Positions 26,262-38,455 of a DNA stretch of 64,000 nt are shown piece after piece. The DNA is from Dicyema japonicum (taxonomy: Eukaryota; Animalia; Dicyemida). The DNA is taken from assembly GCA_011109175.1 (NCBI GenBank), contig RDEW01000075.1:118652-182651 (forward strand). The letters run 5' to 3'. Position 1 is the first letter of the stretch, and every line of letters begins with the position of its first letter. The notes beneath the pieces were generated by a model, which worked only from the letters and a program-made list of their open reading frames with translations, was not told where the DNA came from and ran no database searches. Both the position numbers and the translations under genes were made by a program.

Positions 26262-26690
26262 TATTCGGATGAATACTTAAAGTTTGGAGTGTTACCCTAC
26301 GAACATAACAAATAACTTCCTACGTGACTTATGTGTAAGGAGGTCTTTACAGATGAAGGAATGAAGCCCTCAAGAATGTTTAATCATCTTAAGATTTTTT
26401 ATAAAATCAATGAAGTAAATATTAACTTGCAAGGAAACAATATCAATTTAATGAAATTATCATTCCCTTTATTGAAAAATTAATGCTTTATGAAAACAAT
26501 ATTAATAATAAAAGATTTTTATTTATTTTCCATATCTACAAAAATTTTGGGTTTATTTTTTGTAGTAATATTTATTAGGTTGAAAAATTACGGACTCAGA
26601 CTGTGAATGTTACTGTTTGCATCTAAAAAAGTTCAGAGTCGACATGAAAATTCGCTTTAATGATTTAGAAATTTCAAAATTTTTTAGTTA
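26262..26690 (+). mobile_element. hAT transposase fragments
   Basis: EYLKFG...MKPSRM and INEVNINLQGN motifs. Confidence 0.55.
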
Positions 26691-27470
26691 GTTAGTTAAG
26701 TAACCCCAGTCTCACTAACTTGTAGGAGACCAGCAGCTATTAAGTAGTACGCAGCAGATGTTGGTCGCTCCATAGATCGGTTAGTTCCGGCATTATGGAG
26801 AAACGTTGTGTCAATTCATGACATTTAAATAGGTGATGTGTTGTCAGCACGTGGAGGTTTCAAAAGGGGCAGAGTATATCATATGTTGGTAGATATGGGT
26901 GGTGCCCACATCGTAGACGAGCCAGGTTTACTCGCACGTCCCTTGAAAGAGAGGATTCTAATTGGTCTATTGGAGGAGAGGGTCGCTGTAATATTTTATT
27001 GTCTCCGAGTCTTCGTATGCTTCTCGTAGAAACAAAATCGTGTATCTGTTTCAGACGACTCCTGTCATTGGGGATGGAAGGAATGGATGATAACATTCGA
27101 GACAGGTCACTGGTTTCATAGGGAGTGGCAGGGATGTTCTAGACTGTAGGTTTTGGGAGAGGAACTGCAGGGCTCTCATTTCCAGATGGTCTCCAATTGG
27201 AAGGATCTTAATTTCCCAATGTAGATGATCGACAGCAGTTGATCTGAGACATCCAGTAATTATCCTGAGCGCGATGTTTTTGTACTTTTTGTAGTTTGTC
27301 AATAGAAGTAAGAGAGGCAGAGGTTGACCAGCAAGGGCTTGCAATAGTTAATAGTTGTTCGAATGAATTGTTTATATATATGATGGTTAAGGCTTCTTTA
27401 CTTTGACCAAAGGAATGACTTGACCACAGCTTTAAATAAAATTTTTGATTGGTGTATAAATCCATTTTAA
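26690..27470 (-). mobile_element. Vingi-like LINE, 3' part, with (CTAA)n tail
   Basis: ALRIITGC...HLH.E.KILP and LSRDVRVNLARLRCGH. No RNase H motifs seen. Confidence 0.7.
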
Positions 27471-28214
27471 GTTGAAACGTTAATATATCTCTAGAAATAA
27501 CAGAAAATTTATTAAATCTGAGATATGATTTTTGAGGCTAAAGTCATATTTAGCAAATATGGATATCAACAATTCTGGTTAGTAATATTTGATAATATTA
27601 AATTTGGTCAGATTGACATTGCACTCTAATTATGGAAAAACAATTTCGCCGAATAAATCCGCAATTGAAAAAAATTAAATTTAATCTTATGGGGGCGCTA
27701 AAATTTTGGAGATTCAAAATTGTATCAAAAAGGGGGCTGACTTAAAAAAGGTTAAGAACCACTGTTCTAGTCAAAGTGTTTTTGATGATCTGGGATAACC
27801 AACGGTATAGACACACTATCAACGGGGGCATATATACAATCTGCATCAATTGAAATTAGGTATCACAAATCAAATCTTAAAACCCTTCATCTCATTCCAT
27901 CATTATTCAATTCTTTTTTGTAACGATTTTGTTTTAAACTGGATTTCTTGGTTTTATGCAGGAACATATAAAAATACGGCCATTTTCTTGTAAACTTGTC
28001 AGAAAGGAAAATAGCAAGGGATGAAATCTGACAGAGGAAGATGACATAAGATGTTTTCTGTTTGGATTGAGTTAATTTATTCGATCTTCGAAGCTAAATG
28101 GCAAACTTGAATGAATATTCTAGCGTCAGAGAAATTTTTATAACACCAGGAACACAGATAGAGGATTTAAGGTTAATCGCTGTGCCTTCTTCTCATACAT
28201 TTCGTTTGAAAGAG

Positions 28215-28990
28215 TCATACTTCCTTTTTTTTCTCCACCTCCACAAGTCTGCAAACGGTTCTTGGGACGTAATGCTAACTTCTTATGATAAGATTTGGGC
28301 AGGACTCTTCATCATGTACCACATTTTCCGGTTTATTGTGTTTGACTAGCACCGAGATTCGGATAACACTGTCAACCTTGATTTTGACTCTGTGTTCTCT
28401 ACTACAGATTGCACCTAATAGTCCGCAACTTTTTGGTGTGGTAAATACCATACTTATTACATAGTAGAAGATGAGGACTCCTTACTACCTCGTTATTCTT
28501 CCACATATTGTCGTGAAAGAGCATGGATCCGCACGGAGTGACTAAATAATCAACCGACATGCATCTTGACTTACAATGAGGACATTTATTTGTTGATCGA
28601 CCCAAAAAAATATTGTGGTCTTGCATATACGTGTACAACGCTTCCGATCGAGGTAAGTTAACACCATATTTAAGCCATGTTGTCGATGACTTAAGATCAA
28701 CATGTGGGTTGTCCAATGCTCTGTAGAGGACCTTATGAAGGCTTTTTAAGTTGATCTTTTCATCAATTTATTATATTGTAATTCGATCAACGCCTTCACA
28801 TTTACTAACCCATCATCAGCAACACCATACTTAGAAATATGTCTGATAGTGCCTAGGTGAGTTGCCTGTGTTTTCTCGGTCGTTATTATGACGTGTTCCC
28901 TAGCAGACACACTTGACCCAGCTATCAGGGTGTCGTGCATTCACAAAAGGATACGCTCACTTAATTGAACTACTTCACACAGTGCACGGC
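28215..28990 (-). mobile_element. Second, internal-fragment copy of the R4-like element at 19341
   Basis: Peptides nearly match, e.g. MHDTLIAGSSVSAR and DNPHVDLKSST.WLKYG. Confidence 0.9.
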
Positions 28991-29452
28991 CGTTCACAAG
29001 GGGTAACAAAATGTAGCTTGTTTATGACTTACATTTACAGGACCCAACTCATCAGAGTCACTTAATTCGGTACATTTAACATAAAAATATTTTATTTCTA
29101 CTATTTAAATTGATACACCAAATTTACCAAAATTACAGCCAATCAACTAAATTCATTCAAACTTAAAGATACTACATTTAACTTTTTCAGATCCCAAATC
29201 TTAATACTACACTAATTAAGTTTTCAAAGCAGAATAGTGTAATTTAAGAATACAAGTCATTTAATCTCAATTTACACTAAGAAAGTTAATCTAATAAATA
29301 ATAGTCAAAATTTTACAAGTTAATACTACACCGAATTAAAGAAGACCATTGAAACTCAAATTTTACACGACTAATCTTTTTACCTCCCAAAAATCACTAA
29401 TTCATAAATAAAAAGCACTCCACTAGAAAACTAAAAGAATATTTAATAAAAA

Positions 29453-30321
29453 CTAATCATTCTGACCGTCCCTATAAACATCATGAAGTCCCTCAGTCTC
29501 CATCAGTCCACAGAAGTACTCACTCGTGTGAAATGGTTCAAACGACATCAAAGAGTCATCTCGGCACTCCTTCGACTCCTTCATCTCATCCTTCCTTTCC
29601 GGACAGTAAAACACGCCGATGTCCCCACTGTCGCTTTTTACTCGAAGTTTGAACTCCTTAAGTAGTCATGAACCCCAAACGTTGTCGGGAACAGAGACCG
29701 ACGAAAATGCCGGAGCTTTAACAGCCAAAACAGTAGACTCGGAGAAAAACCCGACGTTCCGGATGTCCTCGTTAGAGATGTGGGCAAAGCTAGACTTAAT
29801 TTGAGATGACCTTACTCTGAGTACTCACTGGCGAGGTTTTTCAGTTCGTTTTCACCGATTTTAAGAATTTCAGTGAGTTTTTTATCCACGGAATTCAGTT
29901 TTTTCACTTGATTTAACAAAATTCTTTCGTCCTCAGCGGCCTTCTCCGTTCCCTGAACCTCACACCCACTAATTTTGTTATATATATTATAAAACCGCCA
30001 CGTTACTAAATTCCGCGACTTTTTGTGTACCAAATGGATCCCCTCAAGCACATTTACGATATCGTAGAGTCTTCGCTTTGGAATCGAGAGCAGGGAAGCA
30101 ACAGTATTTAAGTCCACGGTCTGAAATTATAGTTTCACAGTAGAACCAGATCTGGGGTACTCATAAGGACTTCTATAAACTTTTTTGTAAGGTAGGACAA
30201 GGAATTATCACATTTCCAATTGGGTACTTCAAATGAATTTTCCTTGTCCGACTAAGATTAAAATCTCTGTTAAAAATACGGATATTGGGGAAAAACTATG
30301 AGATTTATCATTCCCGTCCAT
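29453..30321 (-). CDS. E2F: E2F transcription factor (E2F1-5 type, about 245 aa)
   Basis: Introns 30252-30279, 30121-30146, 29969-29995, 29790-29815 and 29657-29680. DNA-binding domain SLSYLTKKF...KRRLYDIVNVLEGI; marked box LAVKAP...VPD...KSDSGDIGVFYCP; C-terminal Rb-binding-like EYFCGLMETEGLHDVY. Confidence 0.93.
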
Positions 30322-30454
30322 AGAATAACTTGAATGATTAATGATAATTTAATTTGAATTAAAAAATAGTAGAAAATTAATTTTTTGTTTTTTAATTAAA
30401 TAATTTGTTTGTCTATTTGTATTATTTTAGTTTATATAATTTCCATAATATTTT

Positions 30455-31200
30455 ATAAGACTAGCTGAATGGTTCCTAACAGTAAATCCGGACAAGACTG
30501 AGGTAACTGAACTCAAGAGGGAAGAAACAAGGACGGAAGAGCACCAGCGCAAGTGCAAAAAGCTTGGCTCCCTCCTTGGAGACCATGAAGAAACTAAAAG
30601 AAGGAAAACCTTAGCACAAACTGCCCTTTCCAGACTGAAGAACACTTGGCTCCACAGAAAGGGCCTTGACATTATAACAAAAACTCGATTATACAACTCG
30701 CTAGTGAATCCCATACTACTATATAACGTTGGTACCTGGGCCTGCTCAAGAAATGAACTGAAGAGGCTTAATGCGTTTCATAGAGACCAACTACGACATA
30801 TGATGTTCGAAAGAAGTGATACGGAATGTCATCTAATCTTCTCTATAAAAGGACTAGGACCTCTGAAATTTCAAATGAAATTCTGGATACACGATGGAAT
30901 CTTTTCGGCCATATTCTGCGACTGATCCTAGATGCCCCCGCGAACGTAGCCATGGAGGATTACTTCATGTTGGAAGCCCCTCGTTTTTGTGGTCGCCCAA
31001 GGACGGCACTGCCAGTCGTTCTCGACGAGGACCTCAAAGAAATGGGACGGCATCTTGAAAGTGGAGAGGATCTTGACTGGTTACATACTGCGGCTTCGAG
31101 TAGGAAGAAGTGGATGAAATTAACTAGTGATTTGCTAACTCGTGTTGCACATGCTTTGTCAAGTCATATGACATATCGATAAGTGCAAATAATAATACGA
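30455..31200 (+). mobile_element. RTE 3' fragment
   Basis: TRLYNSLVNPILLYNVGTW, RWNLFGHILRL and GRPRTALP, then a TAA tail. Confidence 0.88.
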
Positions 31201-31739
31201 CCTTGGGGTTTGGAACGGACCTCGAGGCTGAAAAACTTCAGTTTTTGGAACACTTTGTAAATCTCTGCCAAAAATACTGAAAACTTCGATTTGGAACTGA
31301 ATTTATTACTATTTTTTATTTCTAGTCATTAAAAAATTAATTATTTTTAAATAAAAAAACTCCACACTATATCATTATGAGTCTCAGTTACGAGAAAAAA
31401 AGTTGAAATTGCTCGACTACTTTTGAAAAATCATTCACATAGAGTACTTGCTCGGAAATATGAAACGAGCATTGGCACAATAGCTAAAAAAAAACGATTA
31501 TGCTGTACATAACCCGTGGGACGGGGACGACCTGGACGAATTGAGATCACTCGCATTCGACAGAGGAAGATGGAAAAGACTAACTATAAATATTGTTTCT
31601 TTGAGTGTTGCACATGCGATAATCATTATGGCTTTCGTGAACGTGCTTTAATAATAATAATAACCCGTGGGAACGTTATTTCAAATTTTCGAACTCAAAC
31701 AAAAACTGACGATATTTTAATATTTTATAATTCTACAAG

Positions 31740-32600
31740 GCTTACACAGCCGATGTGATTTACGCCCTGAACATTCGAATACCTCCTTTAATATTTTTTG
31801 TCTCCAAGTCTGTCACTCGAAGCTCATAGGGACGTTCTCTAAGTCAATTTACGCGTTATTAAGCGAAGATCTGCCACCTTCCTACTCCAAAAGGCCTCGG
31901 TTGTAAAATACCACGTGTTCAAAAGTCAGCAATCCTCTTTAGTATTCCACAATTCTTAATAAAACGACTTGTTGATAACTCTCAAACCTCGAATGCAAGA
32001 AATTCAGACGGTCGGCTATAAATCACTTGAAAAATCTCGATCCGAATGGGTTTTTTGCTTTAACCAATCTAATCTAATACTTAATTAATCACGAATCGGT
32101 ACCTATGCTTTGAAAAGATTCACGATCATTCCTATTTTCAACCCAATCGTGGCCTTTAAAACCCTGGAGCGACTAATTGTTGCATCTATCAACATCGACA
32201 AAGCTTTCGACTGATCATCGAGGCACGTTCTGAGCAGGAAGATTTTCGATACTACTATCCCGTCCCGTTTGGAAATTTTATTACTCACTTTCCTCTCCGG
32301 CTGCTTTGAACGATTATACTCTCGTTATCGATACATGCCAAACGGCTTTTTTATAGCAAGCTTGTCGATAAACAAGAACACACTTTTACTATCTTATGAC
32401 GACAATATCATAATTTTTATATGACCATGATGTAACTGGTTCTACAAGAACATCTTTTCTAGAATATTTTGTCAAAATTTCCTCTTTGTTGGACCAAATC
32501 TTTTCGGCTCTTGTTCGAAAAATCATCTATAACGTTCTTCACTACTAACCGTCATCAGTTCAATTTGAAACCAACGTTGTTTCAAAACAAAGCTCCAGCC
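31740..32600 (+). mobile_element. Degenerate LINE RT fragment
   Basis: HGFFA, IDIDKAFD-like and SYDDN-like remnants. Confidence 0.5.
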
Positions 32601-32609
32601 CAAAGAAAA

Positions 32610-32855
32610 CATTGGCATCTGGTAACGAACTGGACACACTGAGGGATCTTGCTAAAAACAGAAAAGCCTGGAACAAGCTAACTCTTATGTATGCGGGGCT
32701 ATAAAAATTATGGCTCTTGTGAAAGTGCTAAAAGAAGTGAAGAGCATTCCTTAGTTCTCCCTCTACGATTAGTTATAATAACTGTTCTTTACTTAAAAAA
32801 GTGTGTGTTCTGCACGAGCAAACCCTGGCCATTTTACGTGCTTATGACAACGCGG
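32610..32855 (+). mobile_element. RTE 3' end fused to a SINE 3' segment
   Basis: ELDTLRDLAKNRKAWNKL plus ctataaaaattatggctcttgtgaaa, then gaagtgaag...gtgtgtg SINE body ending in a different RTE-like tail. Confidence 0.6.
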
Positions 32856-33015
32856 GAGTGCTTACTTTTTTTCTCATCAAAAATAAAAAAAATAGAATGT
32901 CGATTTTGGCGTTAAATTTTAGAATCAATATTTTTTGTAATTTAATTAAAGATAGTTTTTTAACGCAGAGTAAATAAGATTTTTTAAAATGAAAAATTCT
33001 TTCATAAAATTAGAG

Positions 33016-33650
33016 CAGTGGTTCCCAATCTTTTTGAGAGCGCCGAACCCTATCGGCATTTTTTTATACGGATCCTTTATATAGTTTTTAACAATTATCA
33101 GTATTTTACAAATATAAAAAATAAAATTCTAGTTAGTGGGATGATTGCTGACGTTTATTCGCCGAACCAAAGTGGTTTCAATGTCATCAGACATATCCTT
33201 GATGCGTCTGACACAGAATTATTAGAAATAGGAATTAAGTCGAGCTCAGCGACAGCAATTTCTCTGAACATTAGCTTCACTACTTCTTTGCATGCAGGAA
33301 AAATAAAAGTTTCGGCGAGAGTATGCGATTTCAATCTCAGCAACAGCATAACTGGCATGCAGTGATTTTTCGTTTATTTTGATTTTTTTGTAAACTGGGA
33401 TTCTTGAACTTTATTCTGGTCCAATTTCCGCATAAAATATTCTTTTTTTCTTTCAAAGTTCAGCTGCTTGGTGGAGAAATGACGTCTAAGTTTCGTTGAA
33501 GCCATAACACTATTCGCAAGTTTATCATTGCAAACAACACAAAGTGGTAGAGTGCAATCCACATTCCCAGTCCATGTGAAACCAAAGGCAATATAACTTT
33601 CTCGATTCGATCGAACTTTAAGATATTCACTGTCACAAGACTCCATTTAC
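33016..33650 (-). mobile_element. hAT (Buster-type) deletion derivative
   Basis: TIR cagtggttcccaa at 33016. Motifs YIAFGFT...PLCVVC...KLRRH and HTLAETFIFPAC. Confidence 0.8.
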
Positions 33651-33790
33651 ACGCGCAAATTAAATTAATTCGGGACTTCCACCTGCATAACCAGCCAGTG
33701 GAAGCTTTAAAATCATTTTCGCCCAGTGCTTTAGCAAACTCTGTAGCTTTTGTGATAATAATTGGTCCTGACAAACAAATTCGCAATTCA
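33650..33790 (-). mobile_element. Tigger/pogo CENP-B HTH fragment
   Basis: SGPIIITKATEFAKALGENDFKASTGWLCRWK. Confidence 0.75.
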
Positions 33791-34710
33791 AGGTTAAAGA
33801 CGATTAATAGGATTAGATCAAAGATTGATGTCAGAAGGCCGGTTTATGATAAAAGAAAATTCAAGTTGGGACCACAAAATACGGCCGGTATTCGGAATAG
33901 AGGAGAATATCGAAGATAAAATAGCAGTGATGGCCTATGAGGTGAATCGGGACCAGAAGTTTAGTCCGGTTTTAAGAGAATTCCGGTATACCGAGGAGTC
34001 AGTTTAGGGAGGTTTAACTGTACTAATAAAAATTTAATTAAATGTAAAAAATACAAAATGATTTTTTTGTGTTTTATAGCCATTAAATCGGCCGCATCTA
34101 TGTTTGTGGAGGGCCGCATGTTCGACACCCATGATCTATCCTTTATGTAGATTGCGTGAGATATTGTAATAGAATATTTGTGGTCGAAACAACTGGAGGA
34201 ATAAGTGGAAAATCGCTTGGCTAACAAAAGAAACTTGGACTCTTAGCTACACTAAAAAGTCACGACGCACGTGAGACCCGTTGATCTCTGTTGCAATCGT
34301 GAGAGGCAACGCAACGTCGATAATGTCGGCGGGGTCCACTTTGGATAGATGGCTGTGTTAATTAATTATTTATTTGTTGTTAATTATGTTGATTTTGACA
34401 AATTTTCTCAAATAATAAATTGTTCATGTGGTTTCCACATGTCCTGTGTTAGAATAACTAAAAGAGCCCTGGCTGTTATTTCAAGCATCGATTGTCTCGG
34501 ATACACAAAGATGCAATACGTCGAAAGCTTTCTGAAGGTGGAATTCGTGATGTCATGAAGATTCTAGCAGATCAGAACCGTATACTTGAGCCATCCGAAC
34601 AGTCCTATGCAGCACTATTTGAGCGATACTCTGTCACATGGGCGGCGCGTAACGCATGGGCAGCCTGTTACATTTTTTCGACCTTGAAAAGGTCTTTTGA
34701 TTATCCGACA

Positions 34711-34815
34711 TTATTATTATTATTACCCTTAGGATCACTGGGTCAAAAAGAAAGAAATAAAAATTCTCATCTAACTAAGTGATCCCAGACCGACAAAGGT
34801 GAGGATGAGTCTCTC
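34711..34815 (-). mobile_element. 3' end of an Ingi/Vingi-like LINE
   Basis: Matches 4161-4260; ends GIT* followed by a (TAA)n tail. Confidence 0.6.
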
Positions 34816-34949
34816 ATTAGATTATCCGACATTTAATTTTATATATCCGATTTATATCGTGATTTAATTCTGTTAAATTAGTTTTTTATTCATAAATGTT
34901 ATGATTATAAAGATTTTATTTTTTATAGCGGTAAACCTATATTTCTAGC

Positions 34950-36236
34950 GTGATTTATAGCATGGAAGATTATTTTGTTGCAATGGCTTCTTACAAGGGT
35001 TTTGTGAAAGATTGCGTTGAATATCAAACTTTAAAAGATGCTTTGCATGATAAATTTCCCGAAAATCTTCCGAGACACCGAAAATATAGGCTTGTAAAGA
35101 AGATAGAGAATTTTTCTATTATCAATGACAGGTATTGTAAATTTTCAATAATTTTAGACTATCTTAAATCAACTGATCCCAAGTTAGTCATATCCCTGGA
35201 TAATGAAACCGAAATGGAGCATGTTGCGAAATCGTTGCACAAGTTTTCACACGGAGGAGTCAATAAAATTGAGTATGAATGTCGACACAGATACTTCACT
35301 GTAAAGAATGAGATTATCAGAAAAGTCATTCGAAATTGTGAAGTCTGCAAATTTTCGCTGGTAAAGAAGTATGTGAAAACTTAAGATCTTTGTTCCGCCT
35401 GAATGGGCCATGTAAATTTCTTCAGTCGGACAATGGTTCTGAATTTAAAAATCAAGAAATAACAAAACTTTGCGGAGATTTTAACATTAAGCAAATTCAC
35501 GGAAGGCCTAACAATCCACGAGCACAAGGAATTGTCGAAAGAATCAGACGATCACGAGGAAGTTGTCAAAAATGCTGGATAACAGTGAAAAAAAGTGGCT
35601 TGATGAATTAGAAAGTGCTGTCTACAGTTACAACATATCGGTCCATTCATTTTCTAACGAAAGTCCTTTCGAAAGATATCGAGGAATTAAGGGAATAAAT
35701 TCAATAATTAATGGTTATACTTATATCACATTATGACTTAGATAATTTAAGTGATGAGTGTGCGATTCCAGAACAAATTGACGATTTGGTTAATTGTTCG
35801 ACTCCAGAATCTATTGAAAATTCACGTAGTTTGATTTAAAAAATTTATATCTAGATAATTCCCAGTCAGATAATTTGTGTCCGAATGCGAAGAGATTCAA
35901 TTTCGAAATTAAATCGATTGAAGAAAATTTGAATTATTACAAAGCTATGAACAGGAAAATGAATGTTCATAATAGTAAATATACTTTTAACATGGGAGAT
36001 AAAGTATGAATCAAAAAACATTAATAAATAGGTTCGGGCTAAAAAGGACTTTGAAACAAATCCCTCATTGCGACTGGATAAGTTTGAGTCTCAGTATTAT
36101 CCAGTTGCAGAAATAATTAATATTTTATCGAATAATCGCGTGGAGGTAGTTTTAAATAGTTTAATTTGATAGATAAAAAATTCGAAAGGAGAAATATCGA
36201 CTGTATTAATGAGTAGACTAAAAAAAGTTACTTAAA
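34950..36236 (+). mobile_element. Ginger-like integrase (HHCC zinc motif plus rve core) with tiny introns
   Basis: H...HGG...C..C motif and LQSDNGSEF...HGRP.NPRAQGIVER. No RT or RNase H nearby. Intron at 36146-36172. Confidence 0.8.
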
Positions 36237-36309
36237 TTTAATTTTTTATGGTTAATAAATCATTTATATAATTAATTGAAGTTAATTGAAGTTAATCTTG
36301 GTTCAAGGT

Positions 36310-36790
36310 TAATGTAACAGGCTGCCCATAGGTAACGCTTGGCCCATGTGACATACTCAAGTCCCCAAATGACCAGCAGATCTTACCTTGCCATGGATAA
36401 TTTCTGAATTGAAAGATAGGATTCTCTCTTTCGTCCTGAAAAGCAGTGGGCTCCGTCCGGGGCACCTCAAAGACCTCATTGATCAGAACATTGGAAACAC
36501 TGGCGTCCAGCATGTGTCGACTATCATCAAACTAATGAACAGGATGTTTTCAGGGACACTACTAGAAGCAATTTGACAGGTTATGTTCTCAGCAAAATTA
36601 ATCTCATTCGATAAAAAGACACGAGGAACATGTCCTATTGCAGTTGGATTTGTTTTCCGTTGGTTGGCATCAAAGCTCTTATGCAGAGAAATCCTTCTTG
36701 CGTTTGTAACAAAGCTACAACTAACCCAAATGGGTGTCAGCCTTCCCGGCGGCAGTGAATCAGCAGTTCACCAATTTTGGACTAAGCTGA
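36310..36790 (+). mobile_element. CRE RT fragment
   Basis: GLRPGHLKDL, PIAVGFVFRWLASK and GGSESAVH. Confidence 0.8.
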
Positions 36791-37342
36791 TTTGAACCAG
36801 AGAAAGCGAACTGGGCTGCTAGCTTTCTATAAATCACATTTACATTAATTCCAGTTTATTTGAAGCGCCAATTGATCGAGAATTTTTAAGAATTTTTAAC
36901 TAAGATTGTTCAAATCAAACAAGAGTTAATTTTGATAAAATTCTATCCATGATTGGTTTAAATTACAAAAATTAATTTTTTTAAAGCTAATAGGTAATTA
37001 CTTTTTAGCGAATTAACAACTTAACAGAGTTTAACCATAAGTCGCTCAAGACTCAATAGTCAATAGTGACTGGATTAAATTATCACTCTCTCATGTACAT
37101 CAATTTTTCTACTTAGATAAAAATCTAGTTAATGATAAAAACATAAAATACTCGGGAATCATGGGAATCTTGCGAATAGCCACTTTAAAACTATATCTAT
37201 CATTTTTTCATATCAGTCATATCAACGTGCTAAAATGGTTATAAACTTATTTACTTGTTGTTGTGATGAGTTAATGGTCAAACAATATTTTGAATGTTTT
37301 TTGATAATATTTGTTTATGGTTAATAAATTGATTGTTGGTTT

Positions 37343-37382
37343 GATAAATAAATTTTGATATTGATATCAAAATTTATTTATC
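37343..37382. repeat. Perfect AT-rich inverted repeat (19-bp arms, 2-nt spacer)
   Basis: gataaataaattttgatat-tg-atatcaaaatttatttatc. Confidence 0.85.
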
Positions 37383-37541
37383 CAACTTAATTAGATTTTC
37401 CAATTTTATGCATGTATTTTGTTCCTTAAGTAACATTTTGTTTATTTATTGAAATTTTTATCTTAAATTTAAAAATTGGAAAATTTTAAATACGTTAGCA
37501 AATATGATGAAACCAAATTAGATTGTTAATAGCTGATTATG

Positions 37542-37826
37542 TTAGAAATCAAATTCTGGTAGTTGGGAGTCTCCGCAAACAGAAACCGTCGCGGTGCTAT
37601 CCAAGTCATCGTTGTCTGAAGAATTATTATGTATTGATAATTTCCAAAAATTAGTTCTATCATCAATTTTTTAAAATAAAAACTCTAAATTGAAAAAATT
37701 GCAAGGAATCTTAGATTCAGAATAACCCCTAAATTAAAAAATAAAAAACTGGAAGTTTTCATTTTCGCATTCGTCACTTTGATTGTCTGAAAACTGATTT
37801 GAATTGCCATTGTCTTTTCTTTTCAT
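37542..37826 (-). CDS. Putative 78-aa acidic orphan protein
   Basis: Removing introns 37729-37749 (21 nt) and 37657-37683 (27 nt), each with an in-frame stop, gives MKRKDNGNSNQFSDNQSDECENENFQGYSESKIPCNFFNLETNFWKLSIHNNSSDNDDLDSTATVSVCGDSQLPEFDF*. Confidence 0.45.
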
Positions 37827-37980
37827 TTATTTTTTACGACCTTAATTGTTGATGAATTCGAGACGAGTTAAACAAATTTAAAAATTTTATTACGCTTTTT
37901 TAAGTTTGTGAAATTTTAATTTAAAATATAAAATATTATTAAAATATTTGGCAATAAAATTTTCTTATTTCCATCTACAT

Positions 37981-38288
37981 AATAATGATAACAGTTTTTT
38001 CACGAGAGCCATAATATTTATAGCTCCGCATAGGCAGGACACACACTTTATTTAAGTAAAGAACAGTTAATTTTAACTAATCTTAGAACCGAGGAATGAT
38101 CTTCACTTCTTTTATTTCTTTTTCTTGTGTGTGGGTCCTTTCTAGACAATCCAGTTCCGCAGTGAGTATACACTGATGACGGCGTCACTCGTCAATCCCT
38201 TTTAGTATCGTAGATGTGTGGAACCTTCCACTAGGTGATCTCGAACCCGTAGCCTAAGCCATTTTAGTCCGACACCTAACCACTATGC
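37981..38288 (-). mobile_element. Full-length tRNA-derived SINE with RTE-like 3' tail
   Basis: A box TAGCATAGTGG and B box GGTTCGAGATC. 15-bp TSD TATTTCCATCTACAT at 37966-37980 and 38289-38303. Confidence 0.9.
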
Positions 38289-38455
38289 TATTTCCATCTA
38301 CATTTTCTACCTAAATAAAGTATTTAGTTAGTTAGTTAAAAGCTCCTTCGCGTAGCCTTATAGGGTTTCGTTTGAGCCATCCTTTTCGTCATCCTCGCCC
38401 ACATTCGTCATCCATACTGACAGTTTTCAATTTCAGTCGCCTTATCGTCCAAATA

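Noticed and set aside
34950-36236. LTR retrotransposon or endogenous retrovirus integrase
   Set aside because: No RT, RNase H, gag or LTRs adjacent. Related copies have TGT...ACA inverted ends and introns, which fits Ginger.
38172-38200. CTGATGA in the SINE body (also near 61581) as a hammerhead core
   Set aside because: No GAAA after a stem II, and it lies antisense to the SINE transcript.
38230-38290. Functional tRNA gene
   Set aside because: The A and B boxes are part of a repeated element with a TSD and tail, and no convincing cloverleaf forms. It is a SINE head.
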